A stretch of 62,096 nucleotides of DNA, counting the filler, from Vermamoeba vermiformis (lineage: Eukaryota), in assembly GCA_045837725.1 (NCBI GenBank). It is 3 parts of 3 records of this genome, joined end to end, with 100 filler letters (N's around TTAATTAATTAA, not from the genome) between each part and the next. Parts side by side here need not be neighbours in the genome. Positions count along the whole stretch, not along the records: positions 43,358 to 62,096 come from JBEWZL010000117.1; 2 more parts are not named here. One strand, 5' to 3'. Numbering within the stretch: the first letter of the stretch is position 1; each line of letters starts with the position of its first letter. The notes beneath the pieces were generated by a model. That model did no database searches. It was not told where the DNA came from and saw only the letters and a list, made by a program, of their open reading frames with translations. The translations under genes were made by a program, and so were the position numbers. Of this stretch, positions 50,530 to 62,096 are shown piece after piece.

Positions 50530-51604
50530 ACTTGATATAAATAGGCCAATCATGTTGCGGCCGGCTTTTTTCGTCGTTTGTTCGTTTTTTTTCGTTTCGG
50601 CCACTTTTCTTCATTGTTACATTTTTTGGATACAAGCCAAGGCCACAAAAGTAAGTATCGTAAATACACAGCACAAGGGCCGTTGTCCTTGATGGTTGAG
50701 CTCGATTGTTCAATCAATTAGAGTACTTATTTCCGCGAAGGAAAAGGTACGCATCCGTCTGAGCTTTAATTAACTATTTAACGCCGTAGTGGACGTACTA
50801 AAGAAAGTAAAGAAGCTGGCAGCCAAGCGCAAGCGCGATTCTGGTCACGTGTCTCGCGGCAGTACACCATCATCCCACCGATCCACGAAACGAAGAAAAC
50901 TTTCTCTCTCACCTCGCGGTTTCATACCCTTACGCAAGCACAAAGTGAGCGGTAGTCCAAAGCTTAGTACGGTAAGATTAAAAGTTTCAAATCGGAGATT
51001 TTGGCGCGCTTTACTTAACTCCAATTTTAGGACTCGTCCACGGATGCGGTCGACCTACCTACCTCGCACAAGGGAGAAGACCACTCTGTGGAGGCTGACA
51101 GCGATCCACCTCCTGTCCGTTCAATACCTCCACGCCAAGCGAAAGTCTCGCGATATCTTGCCTACGGCGAGTCTTCATCCGGTCTCTCTAGCCCACTGTC
51201 TTCTGCTCCTAGTGATATGGATGAAGAGGAAGAGCTTGCTGAGTCTGATGATTTAGACTCCCCGGAGCTTGCTCGCAAGGACTGGGATGATCTACGAAAC
51301 CAAGATCAAGATCAGCCGACCCGCTCGGATGAGGAATTTGTGGAGCCTGACAACATTGGTAACGATGAAGAAGCTTTTTTTTAGGGTTAGGGTTATATTC
51401 TCCATCCGGATGAATCACCCTAAAAACCTTCTCCAGTTTTACTATTACAATGCGCATGAGTTCTCTAATAATGCGCATGAGTTCGCTTAATTAGTACAAA
51501 ATTGTACCAAGAGTATGTTGAAAAATAAAGTTTATTTTACAGTTACAGTACGTTGTACATGAAATTTCTATGTCAATTCCCATTATATGGGATTTGATTC
51601 AACT

Positions 51605-52070
51605 CATTCGCATGTAGACATCAGCATGAGGACATTCGCATGAAGACATCAGCATGAGAACATTCGCATGCTTCATCCGAATGACTGACACTAATGGGGC
51701 ATGCGCATGTAAATTAAACATGCGAATGTATTTACTATCATGCGAATGCAGTAACGGACTGTCTGCCATGCGAATGTACTCGCTGCCATGCGAGTGTGAT
51801 CACTTGACTGTCATGCAAATGTACTCGCTGTCATGCGAATGCAATCACTTGACTGTCATGCGAATGTACTTGACTGTAATGCTGTCATGCGAATGTACTT
51901 GGCTGTCATGCGAATGTACTTGACTGTCATGCGAATGCAGTAACGGACTGTCTGCCATGCGAATGTACTCGCTGCCATGCGAATGCGATCACTTGACTGT
52001 CATGCGAATGTACCCGCTGCCATGGTGATCACTTGACTGTCATGCGAATGTAATCACTGTCATGCGGAGT
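51605..52070. repeat. Bidirectional array of the decamer CATGCGAATG
   Basis: Three reverse copies (51605, 51632, 51661), a central CATGCGCATG palindrome near 51700, then about 15 forward copies or variants from 51719 to 52061 at mostly 20-29 bp spacing. Confidence 0.92.
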
Positions 52071-52575
52071 GACACGTGTCAAATATCTCACCTTTGCGCG
52101 GTGGCACATTCAAATACTCGTCGCTCAGTCGGCAGCGGAATTAACGCGGAACTTTGGTCTGGTGGTGTCAATCGGCTGTTCTCCAGTCTCGCTCTCCTGT
52201 GCCGTGCTGTCCTCACTCGTGCTATTATTAGCCTCAGTGGCACTCTCCGTCTCTTTCTTCACCACGCGCTTGGGTCGCATGATGAGTGCGCGCGTGCGAC
52301 TCTGCACCAGGGCACATTTCTCCGCAATCTCCGCACTCGAGATGACGGGTCAAGTACTCGCTGTGCTCGCTCAGCTACGTGCTGCTGTCACTGCGAGTGT
52401 ACTGTGGCCACCACGAGTAGAAATCGTTGCTCGTGCGCATGTGAAGCACCACCAAATAAACTAGAAAAAACAAGTAAATAAGAGTTTGAAGTAAATACAT
52501 ACATAATATTTATTAATTGTTTTTGTTTTTTTTTTGAATTTGATATTAAATATATATAAAATACTCGTGGACAAA

Positions 52576-55483
52576 TTACATCGTCTTTTGTCTCTTCTCC
52601 TCTCGCTCTTGTTCGAGAAGTTTTGCCAAGGAGAACGTAGTAATCTTTCTCTTCTTCTCGGGGTTGGCAGCGGCGGGTGCATTGTTAGACGGAGTACTAC
52701 CATCGTTGTTGACCATGACAGGAACAGGCTTGTTGTACGAAACCTTCGGAACAGGCACCGGTGTAGGTGATGGCATCACTGGCACAGGCAAGGGGACTTT
52801 TTGCTCTCGTTGTCCTAGTATGACCTTTGGACGACAGTACTTGACGACGGTGTTGGGCTTAGGTTTGCTTGGTTTCGGAGTCTTGCGAGCACTCTCGATG
52901 GACGTAGTTCTCCGGCTACAGTCACCGTACACAAGCTTACGGGATGGCCCTGGCTTCAAGTTCGTGTTTGCGCCAGTTCGCATGTTGGTGTTTGCGTCGG
53001 TTTTCAGGTTGGTATTTGTGCTTGTGTCCTTGTTCGTTTCCCATTCAGGTGGAGCATTCAAATCCAAAGGAGGCGTTGAGGGTGCGTTCGAATCCTCAGC
53101 AACAATCGAGTTGATCGTATGGGTAGGAGAGTCAGACGAAGAAAGTGAACTGTGAGCAGCGTGGTAAGAATCAGACTCAAGAGCATCATCAGAATCAGAG
53201 ACGATATGAGAAGATTCGATGGACTCGCACTCGGCATCACTCTCGTCGCTGTCCTCGCTGGCCTCACTTTCTTCGCTTTCTTCGCTTTCTTCGCTTTCTT
53301 CACTCTCGTCATCACTTCGGTCCTCGTCGCTCTTGTCGTCATCACCGGAATTAGCGCCAGAACCTCCTGATTCGCCTCCCGAGCTGGATCCATCAGCAGA
53401 GTCGCGTGAGCTTTCATCATGGCTCTCCTTCGAATCAGATGAAAAACCAGAAGACAGCTCCATAGAGCTGCTGTCAAGGCTGGACTTTTTTGTCGAGTAG
53501 CAACCTCCGATTGTAGCCCAGTACGTGTTGACGAGTGACATGAACGCAAGTAGCTTGGGCCCAGGCAAAGTTTGCTTGGTGCCATCTTTGAACAAGACTT
53601 CGAAGCAAACGGACTGTCTCTTGCCAACGAACTTGTGACCAACGATTCGGTCAATACTGTCTGCAAAGTCGTCATGAGTCTTGTCGTAGCGCTTCTCAAA
53701 CTTGTTGATGACGCTCGCCATGGCCTCGGAAGGAGCTATTCCAACCGTCTCGTTGACCTCCTTCAGCGTCTTTTCGTTGACACCAGCACGTTGAACTCTG
53801 TCGTAGTGCGTGCTCATAACGGCAGGTGAAGTATTGATCAGTGCTGCGTGCTTCTCGCTGAAAAACTTCGAGATGTCGTTGTTCAAGTGATGTTCGGTCA
53901 GAAAAGAGACCAGCGCACGACGGAAATAAGCGCAGCTGATCGCTCTTCCTGGGAAGTAACTCGCAACGACATTGCTCACCACCTTCGAGAGTGTAGTGAA
54001 GTCTAAACGAGCGAAGGTTAGCGACAAGATGAGTTTGAAACAATTACTTACTAGGTGCGTTACCGTCTCGATTGACCCACATGGACTCAACTCCTTCGTT
54101 ACGAACCAGAGGCAAGTAGTGCTCGAACCAAATTCGCAACGGTACTGCAAACGCTGCAGGCAGCAAGAAGAAATCTGTCTTGGCTCGCTTGACTTTTTCC
54201 GGTGGTGGGAAGAACTTGACAGTGTTTCCCTCGAAGACAATGTTCTAATTAAATAATTAGTAAAGTATTGATTAACGGAGCCGATTTGTAGTTCGTACCG
54301 ACACCGTCATTGAAGCCGTGAACTGTCGTCGTTGTCCTCCAAGATACATCATTCCAAGGACGAACAAGTTGCCCATGAAGTTGAACATTCCTTGTCGCGA
54401 CAAAGCTGAACTTTGTCGCTCTTTCGTCAAGAACTTGTCATCCAAGTTGATGTAATACACCAACTTGTCACAGATGTACGCGTTCAACTGCCGTAGCTCG
54501 TCTTGATGAAGCCACTGCCCAAGTAACATCAGGTTCTCAATCACCATTTTATTCGCGTTAGCCTTGGCTTCGTCTTTCGCTTCTGCAGGTCAAAATAGTA
54601 TCAGAATCGTAATCGTACAGAATATGTTCGCAACTTACTTGCACAAGGAGCACGCAGCAAGTCCTCCACTGCATCAATCCGTGCCCTGTAATTGGCAAAC
54701 TCTTCGAGACCCTATTACAGAATTAGATTACACCCCATGACCACAAGTAGTTACTTACGTGAAGATACTTCAAGAACATTCGAATAATCTTCAGGCAATT
54801 TGCAATCGTGCTTGCAGACTTGCCCGTGGATTCGTACCACCGCGGAAAAGCGGCCGCCACGCGAACGTCCAGTAGATGACGAAGGTCTACTACGACTGGT
54901 TTCACTTCTGTATCGACAAAACGAAAGAAGATGCCAAGCATAGAACGAGTTTCGGCGCCGCGATCAGAGCCTGTGTTGGACAAGTGCTTCTCTTTCACCT
55001 TGAGTTCGTCTGCGGCAGAGGATTTTTTCCTGGTCTTGCGCTCACGTTTGATGTAAGTATCGAACAACTTCGGTACCTTGAAGTACTTGACCGAGACTTG
55101 ATCAAGCGAGAGAGCATTAATTCGTAGCGGCTTTCCTGTTCTTGAATCCCCTATTAATAAAGTTAACAAACTTAACCACCGGGACTAATTAGTCTTAAAC
55201 TTACTTTCGGCAACAGCAAACTCCTTAGTTGCTAAGTCTTCAGGTACATCTTCCATATCAACGACTACAGGAGCGTCGCTATATTGAAGCAAAGCCTTTT
55301 TGACGTTACTGAGCTCAGTGCGAAGCCTTTTAATCTCCGGCGAATCTGCTTAGACTGTAAGACTCGGTTACAGAATTACTGAAAGGCTTACCATTCATTG
55401 TCGCTGTAGACTCTTTTTTCTGATCCGCGTCCTACAAATTGTCAACAAAAATTTTTAAAATTCTGTTGTGTTACCTTCTCCAT
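52576..55483 (-). CDS. Intron-containing tyrosine recombinase with chromodomain-like module and acidic/Ser-rich tail
   Basis: SAM-like KSASTIANCLKIIRMFLKYL. Catalytic region: GGQRRQ (R), PPEKVKR (K; in a spliced frame absent from the ORF track), MWVNRDGNAP, AYFRRA (R) and LINTSPAVMSTHYDR (Y). Followed by IDRIVGHKFVGKRQSVCFEVLFKDG...LVNTYW. Confidence 0.82.
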
Positions 55484-55615
55484 GATTGCGAAAGATAAAG
55501 ATTGAAAAAACGCCTACGAAAAAAAAAATTGTTAACCACGTGACTTTTGACGAACTAAAATTTATAAGTCCAAATATAGTACGTTCTGAAAATAAAATTA
55601 AGTAATCTCACAAGC

Positions 55616-55990
55616 ATGGAACCACACAACCAAACTCCACTCCTCGATCAATACTACGGCAGTGATATGAGCGACGAGACAGTTGAGCAGGCATATCTTA
55701 AGATTGAGGAGCTGCTTAGCTACGCACGAGAGGACAGTAACAACACCATTCTTGTTGGCGACGGCGATGATATTGAGTGCGAACAAACCTTACCCTATGA
55801 ACACGAGAACGACGAGAACGACGAGAAGAACGAACGGGAAGTATTATCATGGCAAATCAAGGATCCGCGCACGTGGTTAGAGAAAGATATAAATAAATCG
55901 CCACGCACATGGTTTGAAGACAATTTTATCATGAAATTGCCTGAAGAAGAACGAGAAGAAGTCCGACGGAAATACAACAACGGTAACTAA
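55616..55990 (+). CDS. Small acidic hypothetical protein
   Basis: ATG-initiated 124-aa ORF divergent from the recombinase, with internal repeat PRTWLEKD/PRTWFEDN. Confidence 0.6.
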   Translation: MEPHNQTPLLDQYYGSDMSDETVEQAYLKIEELLSYAREDSNNTILVGDGDDIECEQTLPYEHENDENDEKNEREVLSWQIKDPRTWLEKDINKSPRTWFEDNFIMKLPEEEREEVRRKYNNGN

Positions 55991-56060
55991 AAATAACTCC
56001 GCCGGATAACCTCCGGTACAAAAATGTTAGCGATTAATAAATTATGCATTTAATTACAGA

Positions 56061-57212
56061 AATGGGAGAGAAGTAAGTCTTACCTCATTCTAGTCTTAAT
56101 TTTAACATGCCATAGCGAACTGCGATGCTTATGTTCGAAAGAACACGGACACTTTTACGTGCACTCAAAAGATTTTTCCGAGCAATGGTTTGGTAGAGGT
56201 GCGTTAGCTGGATTGCTCGGAATGACAAAGAACTCTTTCTGTTCTAAGCTATCGATCTACGTGCTCAATTGCCCGGCTGGCTGCGCACCGTTCAACACGC
56301 GCAAAGTCTTTCATTCTAGCGGCAACGGCAGCCCAATACGCCCAGAACGTTACTATACGTTGGAAGAAGCCAACGATATACTGAGACAATGGCTTACGCG
56401 CCCAGGAGGGAAAAAGGATTGGGTAAAGAGATTGCACGAGGCCAACGATTTTTTGAAAAACTTACCGAGGGTGCAGCTCGTTGTTGTAATCCAACGATCA
56501 GAAGACAAGAAGTACTTCCAAATAGCACGCCAACAGCAAGTGCCGCTTGATGAGCGCGACACGCAGAACAAGCCTAAACCAGAAGCTTTTAACGACGATT
56601 GTGGTGAAGCGGACTCCGAAGGATATTCTGCCGAAGCAATTGCTGCACTGACCGAGATGCAATCGGACTCGGCCGCCGATGAACTTGCCAAACCAGAGAT
56701 AGAATCTAGCGTCGGCCACGTGATTGACCAAATACAGCAGTCCTCGGAGATACATGCTCCCGGTGTTGTTGGGGCAACACCAGAGTTTGCGGAATCTAGC
56801 GTTGCCCACGTGATTGACCAAAAACAGCAATCCACGGAGATACGTGATCTCGGTGCTGCCAACACCGTGCCAGAAATCATCGATGTTGATGAGTTTGTGA
56901 TTCCTACTAAAGGTAACGTTAGTACTCTGTTACGATCGCATATTGATTAATTTGTCAGCGGAAAAAAATTGGAAGCAATCTTCAATCGAAGCTATGCTGA
57001 AAAATAAGGACACGGACTCAAAACAAAAGAAAAAGACGAAGAAAAGAAAATTAACCGTCGGTCTATCAAACCCATCGCCCCTCCCTTTCAAGAAGCCCCG
57101 TAATGTAAACAAGCATAAGAAGGATAAGAAGGCAAAGAACGCTTCTGAATCAGACATGCCCGAGTACGAAGATGATGATTTTGCGGTACTATTTCCACCG
57201 AACATTAAGTAA
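56061..57212 (+). CDS. Hypothetical nuclear protein with Bro-N/HTH-like N-terminus, internal repeat and basic NLS-like tail
   Basis: ATG micro-exon at 56061, QWFGRGALAGLLGMTK...YYTLEEA, two copies of ESSVxHVIDQxQQSxEI and KQKKKTKKRK. Confidence 0.55.
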
Positions 57213-57295
57213 TTTTAAATTGAAATAAACGCAAAGTTATTGATTTGTAAATCGTAAACTTTCAGCGCGTGTTGTTTCGCATCGCACTCACACAA

Positions 57296-57958
57296 ATGTC
57301 AACGCAAGCGAGTATATTCGCGCAAGTAATGGTTTATTTGTAAATACTTTTCGACTGTAATTCAACGCACTAACCCGTCTTGCTAGCAAAACGAAACCAG
57401 TTATAGAAATAAGGTAGGTTAGGTTGTCTTAAATTACTAACAAGCAACAGGACAGACGATGTATTGGCCAACGACGAACTCGGCGTGTATTTAGTTAACC
57501 AAGAAGACAATGTTTACCTATCGCTCGACTTCGTATTGAAAATATTGCCGGAAGGGATCGTATTCCACGATACTTCTCGTGTCACATTGATTAAAGTGCC
57601 CGGTTATGTTAACTTGCTTCGTGTAATTAACGTGCCGGATCTGGATGTGATGATAAGGAAATTAGTTGCGGAAGTAAGTATTTTTACATCGAATTAGTGC
57701 CTCGTTGTAACGCCTCTGTTGCAGGTGAGCGACCCGGAAGTTCAGTTGCAGAACATTAAAAAAAATTTGCAAGATTACAACATTTACGGCTACTTACACG
57801 TGTGTCTGGATGCCGGAGAACCAAGACTCATTGGCACGTATGACATGTTCCAGGGAGACTATAACAGAACAGGTCATGTATCCGAAAGCATGGAATTAAC
57901 CTTCGATGGTTATGGTCCTGAGGGCACGCAGTATAACCTGATAAACCTCGACGAGTGA
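57296..57958 (+). CDS. Small multi-exon protein, possibly Bro-N-like
   Basis: EDNVYLSLDFVLKIL...KVPGYVNLLRVINVPDLDVMI, with short GT-AG introns. Confidence 0.5.
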
Positions 57959-59363
57959 CCTGAAATTCATTATATGAACGAACCACAAAATAAATGTTTG
58001 CTTTAACTTACCTTTGCGGCGAGCTCGTAAATCCGTTTGGTGCAGCAATTCTGTTTGGATTAACGCCATACACGTTTCGTTTAGTTACACACTCGTTTGA
58101 ATGTGTCTATTATAATAATCAACTCGTGTTGGAGTTTGCTGGTACTATCACTAAACTCGTGTTTGAGTTTGTTGTAAATAGCAGCTGATCGAATCTGATC
58201 AGAATTGTGACCTAAAAATAACTTCATTTGCGATAAACAAATATTTGTTAAAGATTAGCCTGTTACAGCTAATAGTATTTATTAAATCGTTTACAAATTG
58301 CAAACGAAAACAAAATTATAGAAGTGTTCGGATGTGACCAAGCCAAACGATTCGGAACGGGTCCAAATTAAGCTAGTAATTGTTTGCCCGCTGTAAAACA
58401 GCGCAGGCTTGCTTTAACTATTGCAATACTCGTGGCATTGCGTACGAGAGAGCCAGAAAGCAGCTCTCTAGAAGATCAGACTTACTTGCCGGGCCAAAGC
58501 CCCAGACTCCGGTGGTAACTCGCAACTGCTATTTAGGCTCGTTCCAAGTAACAGGTCATTTGTTTCTAAATAATAACAATTAATTAAAAGGCGATCAGAC
58601 AAAAATTATTAAAATTTAATTTCAGGTTAAAATATTACCTGAAACTAGAGTCTTTTGACTTCAGCTTGCTTTCAATCAATTTGATATATTCGTTTGTGAA
58701 CAGACTCGGAGAGCTGGGGATCGGTTTGGGTGCTCGATTTGACGGAATCTTCTTTGCGTGCCTCGATCGAAAGCAACGCGCAATAAGAGGACACTAAAAT
58801 TTGTGTGAAAAAATAAATAAGCAGATCAGTTGTGGTTGATCTGTCTGAAAAAAAAATGGTAAAAAATAAAATTTCGGATCAAAGTTAATGTCCGGCGATT
58901 GAATAAATTTAATGACGACAATTCAGCCACATTCAAGTTTCGCTGTTTACAAGGCGGTGCAGTAGAATTATTCCGAGGATCAGATTTGATCAAACGAGTG
59001 AAATCTGCCGCGTTTCACCATGTTTTTTGCAACTTTCGTCATTGTAACAATTTTGCCTAATGAGTGAACACAGAAGATTCTCGGAGTTGCCTTTGGCCAA
59101 TACGTAAGTACCAAACGCAGCATGATTAACTCCGAATTCGCGATCAGGGTTATTAAACCTGACAATTTAATTATATAAAGCACCGAAATACGGTCAATTT
59201 TAATTTATAATACGAGCAAGTCATGACTTGCTTATTTAAAATATTAAAAAAAAAATTGAAATTGAATCCCCAGAAATAATTTTTTTCCTACCCAATTAAA
59301 TACACGAGTGACCTATTCGTGTTGGTTAATTAATTTATTTGTTTGCTATTGCGAACATATTGA

Positions 59364-62096
59364 GTGAATCCGGATCGACATCTCACCTTTAATAGAGGTG
59401 TACCTTCACGCGCAGTAACAGAAAGTAACATTGCTTTCTATTTGGACTTTTTTATGGAAACCAAAGGGGCGCGCATCTCCAAGGCCCTCAAAGATCAATT
59501 TATAGAAGACGTTCGGATGCAATTCGAACTCTACAGCGAAAAATATCGCAAAATTCCTTTATTTTTATTTGTTTTAACGTATTATGGTACGTAGTATGAA
59601 CTTAACAAATAGAATATATAACTGACGTTTCCACTTAGCGTACCAAGGATTTTTGGATTTGCCGACTATGCCCAAAAATTCGTACCAATATCCTTTGTGG
59701 TTCGAAGGATACAAAGACGCAATGACCAGAAAGCTTGGCTTGGTGGCTAGAAACGGAACGGAATGGACCTATGTCAATGAAATTTCGAGTCGAATGCCTC
59801 GAATTATTGACACATTAATTAAATGGTCCTTTGAATGGCACCAGCAGAACGCATCTCTCGAACACCAGCAACTACCGACAGAAGAAAAGAGAAAACGGGT
59901 GTACTATCAAGTGTTTTGTGCCTTACAGTACCACCCGAAGTTTTGTTTCAACAAGCACAACTTCTTTGTCTTGTTGAATCGTAGGGATGGCGCTATAACG
60001 CCAGATTATACTTGTCCGTTCTTTACGCGAAGTTCTTATGGACCCGAGCCTCTAGGTGTGTATTTACTTCGTCTATCAGAAAAAGCTAATTGACGTATGT
60101 AGTTGATTACAACCCGCCCTCCGGAGCAAAGGAATTAGGCTCTGGTGACCCGAACCACGTAACAAGTAAGCTATTTAATTCCATTTATTTAAACCCGCCT
60201 AACTTTCTGGTAGTACTTAAGCCAGAAGACCAGAACGCTGCTGTGTACTTTTTGAAAGATCCGTTTAAACAAAACTCTTGGAGTAAGAAACGAACAATTG
60301 TACGTACTCTCCCGTGACAGCGTGTATACACAGTACTAATCAATTAACAGGACCAATTGACACCGCCCTTGGTCGTGCAGCGGGAGCTTCCTCCTGCGTT
60401 TTGAAAGTCCGCAGACGCTTCGACTTACAACATGGTCATTGAAGACGAGCCCTCTAACTTCTCGTCATCCTTTCCATATCCAATTGTGAAGCCTGGCGCT
60501 GTAGTCAATCAAGTCGTGCCGTTATACCAACGCGAAGCCTCATTAAACAATAAAGAACGGAAAGAACCTTCAGTTTATTCACAAGCCCAAACTGATCGAC
60601 GCGTTCGCAGCGAGAGCACAGATGTTTCACTTCCGTCGATACAATGCTATTCTCCGATGGATAATACTGAAGTTGTTTTCATAAATGATAGTTCTGCTGA
60701 ACAATTACAGCCATCCCAATACAGTATTCAGTTCGGCGACGTTGGATTCGACGGTCAGAGTCCAGTTGGTCCACTGTTCCAATCTACGCACGTATCAAGC
60801 TTCAGTCCAAATCCACGGCATAACTCTTCTCACTGGGCTTATTCTGTACCTATTATAGAGTCAAATCGACGCGATAAAATTTCGGGTCAAACCCGCTCAA
60901 ATCCACCTAACCGTGATCGATCGCAGCAATCTCGCCATAACCATACTGCGTCACGTACTGCATCAGACAATATCGTGCCGCATCAAACTCGGCACAACGT
61001 ACATTCAACCGAAAACAGCGTTGGGCCACCACATGCAACCGAATATAGTAACGAACAGCCGCAGACTAGGACATATGATATTAACCAGCACAGCGTTGGA
61101 AAGCCTCACCTTGCGCATCGTAACACCGCGCCTGTTACTCAATACAAATCCCCTGCTCAATATGGCGCCGTATCGTCGCGTGTTACTAGTTATAACATGG
61201 CGCCATCTCACACCAGCCAATACAGCGCAGCTCCTACTAAACGCAATCCCCTACCACCACGTGCTACTCAACCCTACGCATCTCACGATATTCGACGGAC
61301 CAACTCCAGTACAGCCACTCATGACACCAATAGCAGCAATGGTAGTGCTCAGCACAGGGCTTTACAACCAAGTGCCACTCAACACAACGCAGCGCCGCCT
61401 CATAACAGTTTAGGCAATCCAAGTGACGTACAACCGCGTGCTGCTCATGCCAATGATGCATCGTCTTACAGTGTTCGTCCCAGTGCTTCATCTGCTCACC
61501 ACATCGCTGTGCCACCGCGTGCCGTAAACCACGATGCAGCACCACCTCTGGACACGCCTCACGATGCTTCAGCTGCACAGCACATCGCTGAGCCACCGCG
61601 TACTGCACAGCACTATGCAGCATTGCCTCGTGACACTCGTAACAACACTTCAGCTACGCAGCACACCACTGTGCCACCACGCGCAGCACAGCACGATGCA
61701 GCACCACCCGTATCTAATACAAATGGCGTTAGTGCTTCGGGATTTTCTTCTTCAAGTCTCGTAGCAATGGAACTCGATCATGATGATAGCGCTAACCTTC
61801 AGTCGGTTCCAGAAACGTTCGTTCACACGCACGAGACTGGCGTTAACCCTGTGACAAAGGATCTAACCTGCATCAGTGCTCCAGCTTCGAAAGAACACGC
61901 TCAGACTGGCTCTGTGCAAATGCGACCTGAAAGTGAGGGTGTTCCTAGCTTTCAGCTTGCACCTTCAACGCTGGCAACTTCCGACTCAGTCCCGTGCTCC
62001 ACAGCTTCTTCGAGTTCAATTGCAATAGAGGCGAAGTACTTCTCTTTTCCCTCTGTCTTACCGCCGATAAGCACGGGATCAAATGCACGCAGCCCT
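59364..62096 (+). CDS. Unknown-domain protein (paralog 2) with long P/Q/S/Y-rich low-complexity tail, running off the window
   Basis: Exons 59364-59590 and ~59640-60055 resemble 47316-48180. Later exons are low complexity. Confidence 0.55.

Noticed and set aside
52069-52481. GC-rich stretch with ORFs on both strands
   Set aside because: No recognisable motif or convincing start or splice pattern, so no frame could be chosen.
54050-54240. First ~75 aa of the 554-aa ORF (MSSRETL...)
   Set aside because: Wrong frame. The spliced exon reads NIVFEGNTVKFFPPPEKVKR..., which carries the recombinase motifs.
43358-62096. Definite giant-virus or Polinton insertion
   Set aside because: No capsid, packaging ATPase, PolB or primase motifs were seen. 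Kept only as a hypothesis.

Overview
AT-rich eukaryotic DNA with short (mostly ~45-60 nt) GT-AG introns, probably from a protist (amoebozoan-like; inference). It is three contigs joined by artificial N44-TTAATTAATTAA-N44 linkers. Contig 1 (1-31452) holds ordinary host genes: tandem unknown paralogs, NBR1-like, three P450s, F-box/LRR, a divergent EF1A paralog, paraoxonase, two CCCH genes, SDR, Nup93, TlpA-like, Thg1-like and a beta-helix protein. Contig 2 holds the main finding, a complete ~7.08 kb Sola1-like DNA transposon (33295-40372). It has 37-bp TIRs and an ATGA target-site duplication, and it splits an exon of a host F-box gene whose reading frame is restored when the element is removed. 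The element encodes a spliced USP-like peptidase + DDD transposase + chromodomain fusion, a possible BAH/SH3-like protein, and an intronless NEIL1-like DNA glycosylase with an AT-hook. Contig 3 looks like part of a larger mobile or virus-like region. It carries an intron-containing tyrosine recombinase fused to a chromodomain-like module, a second degenerate NEIL1-like gene, a CpG-decayed integrase relic, three hairpin or iteron-like repeat arrays, two Bro-N-like genes and two paralogs of an unrecognised domain. All domain calls come from motif recognition by eye and manual splicing; no database searches were run.
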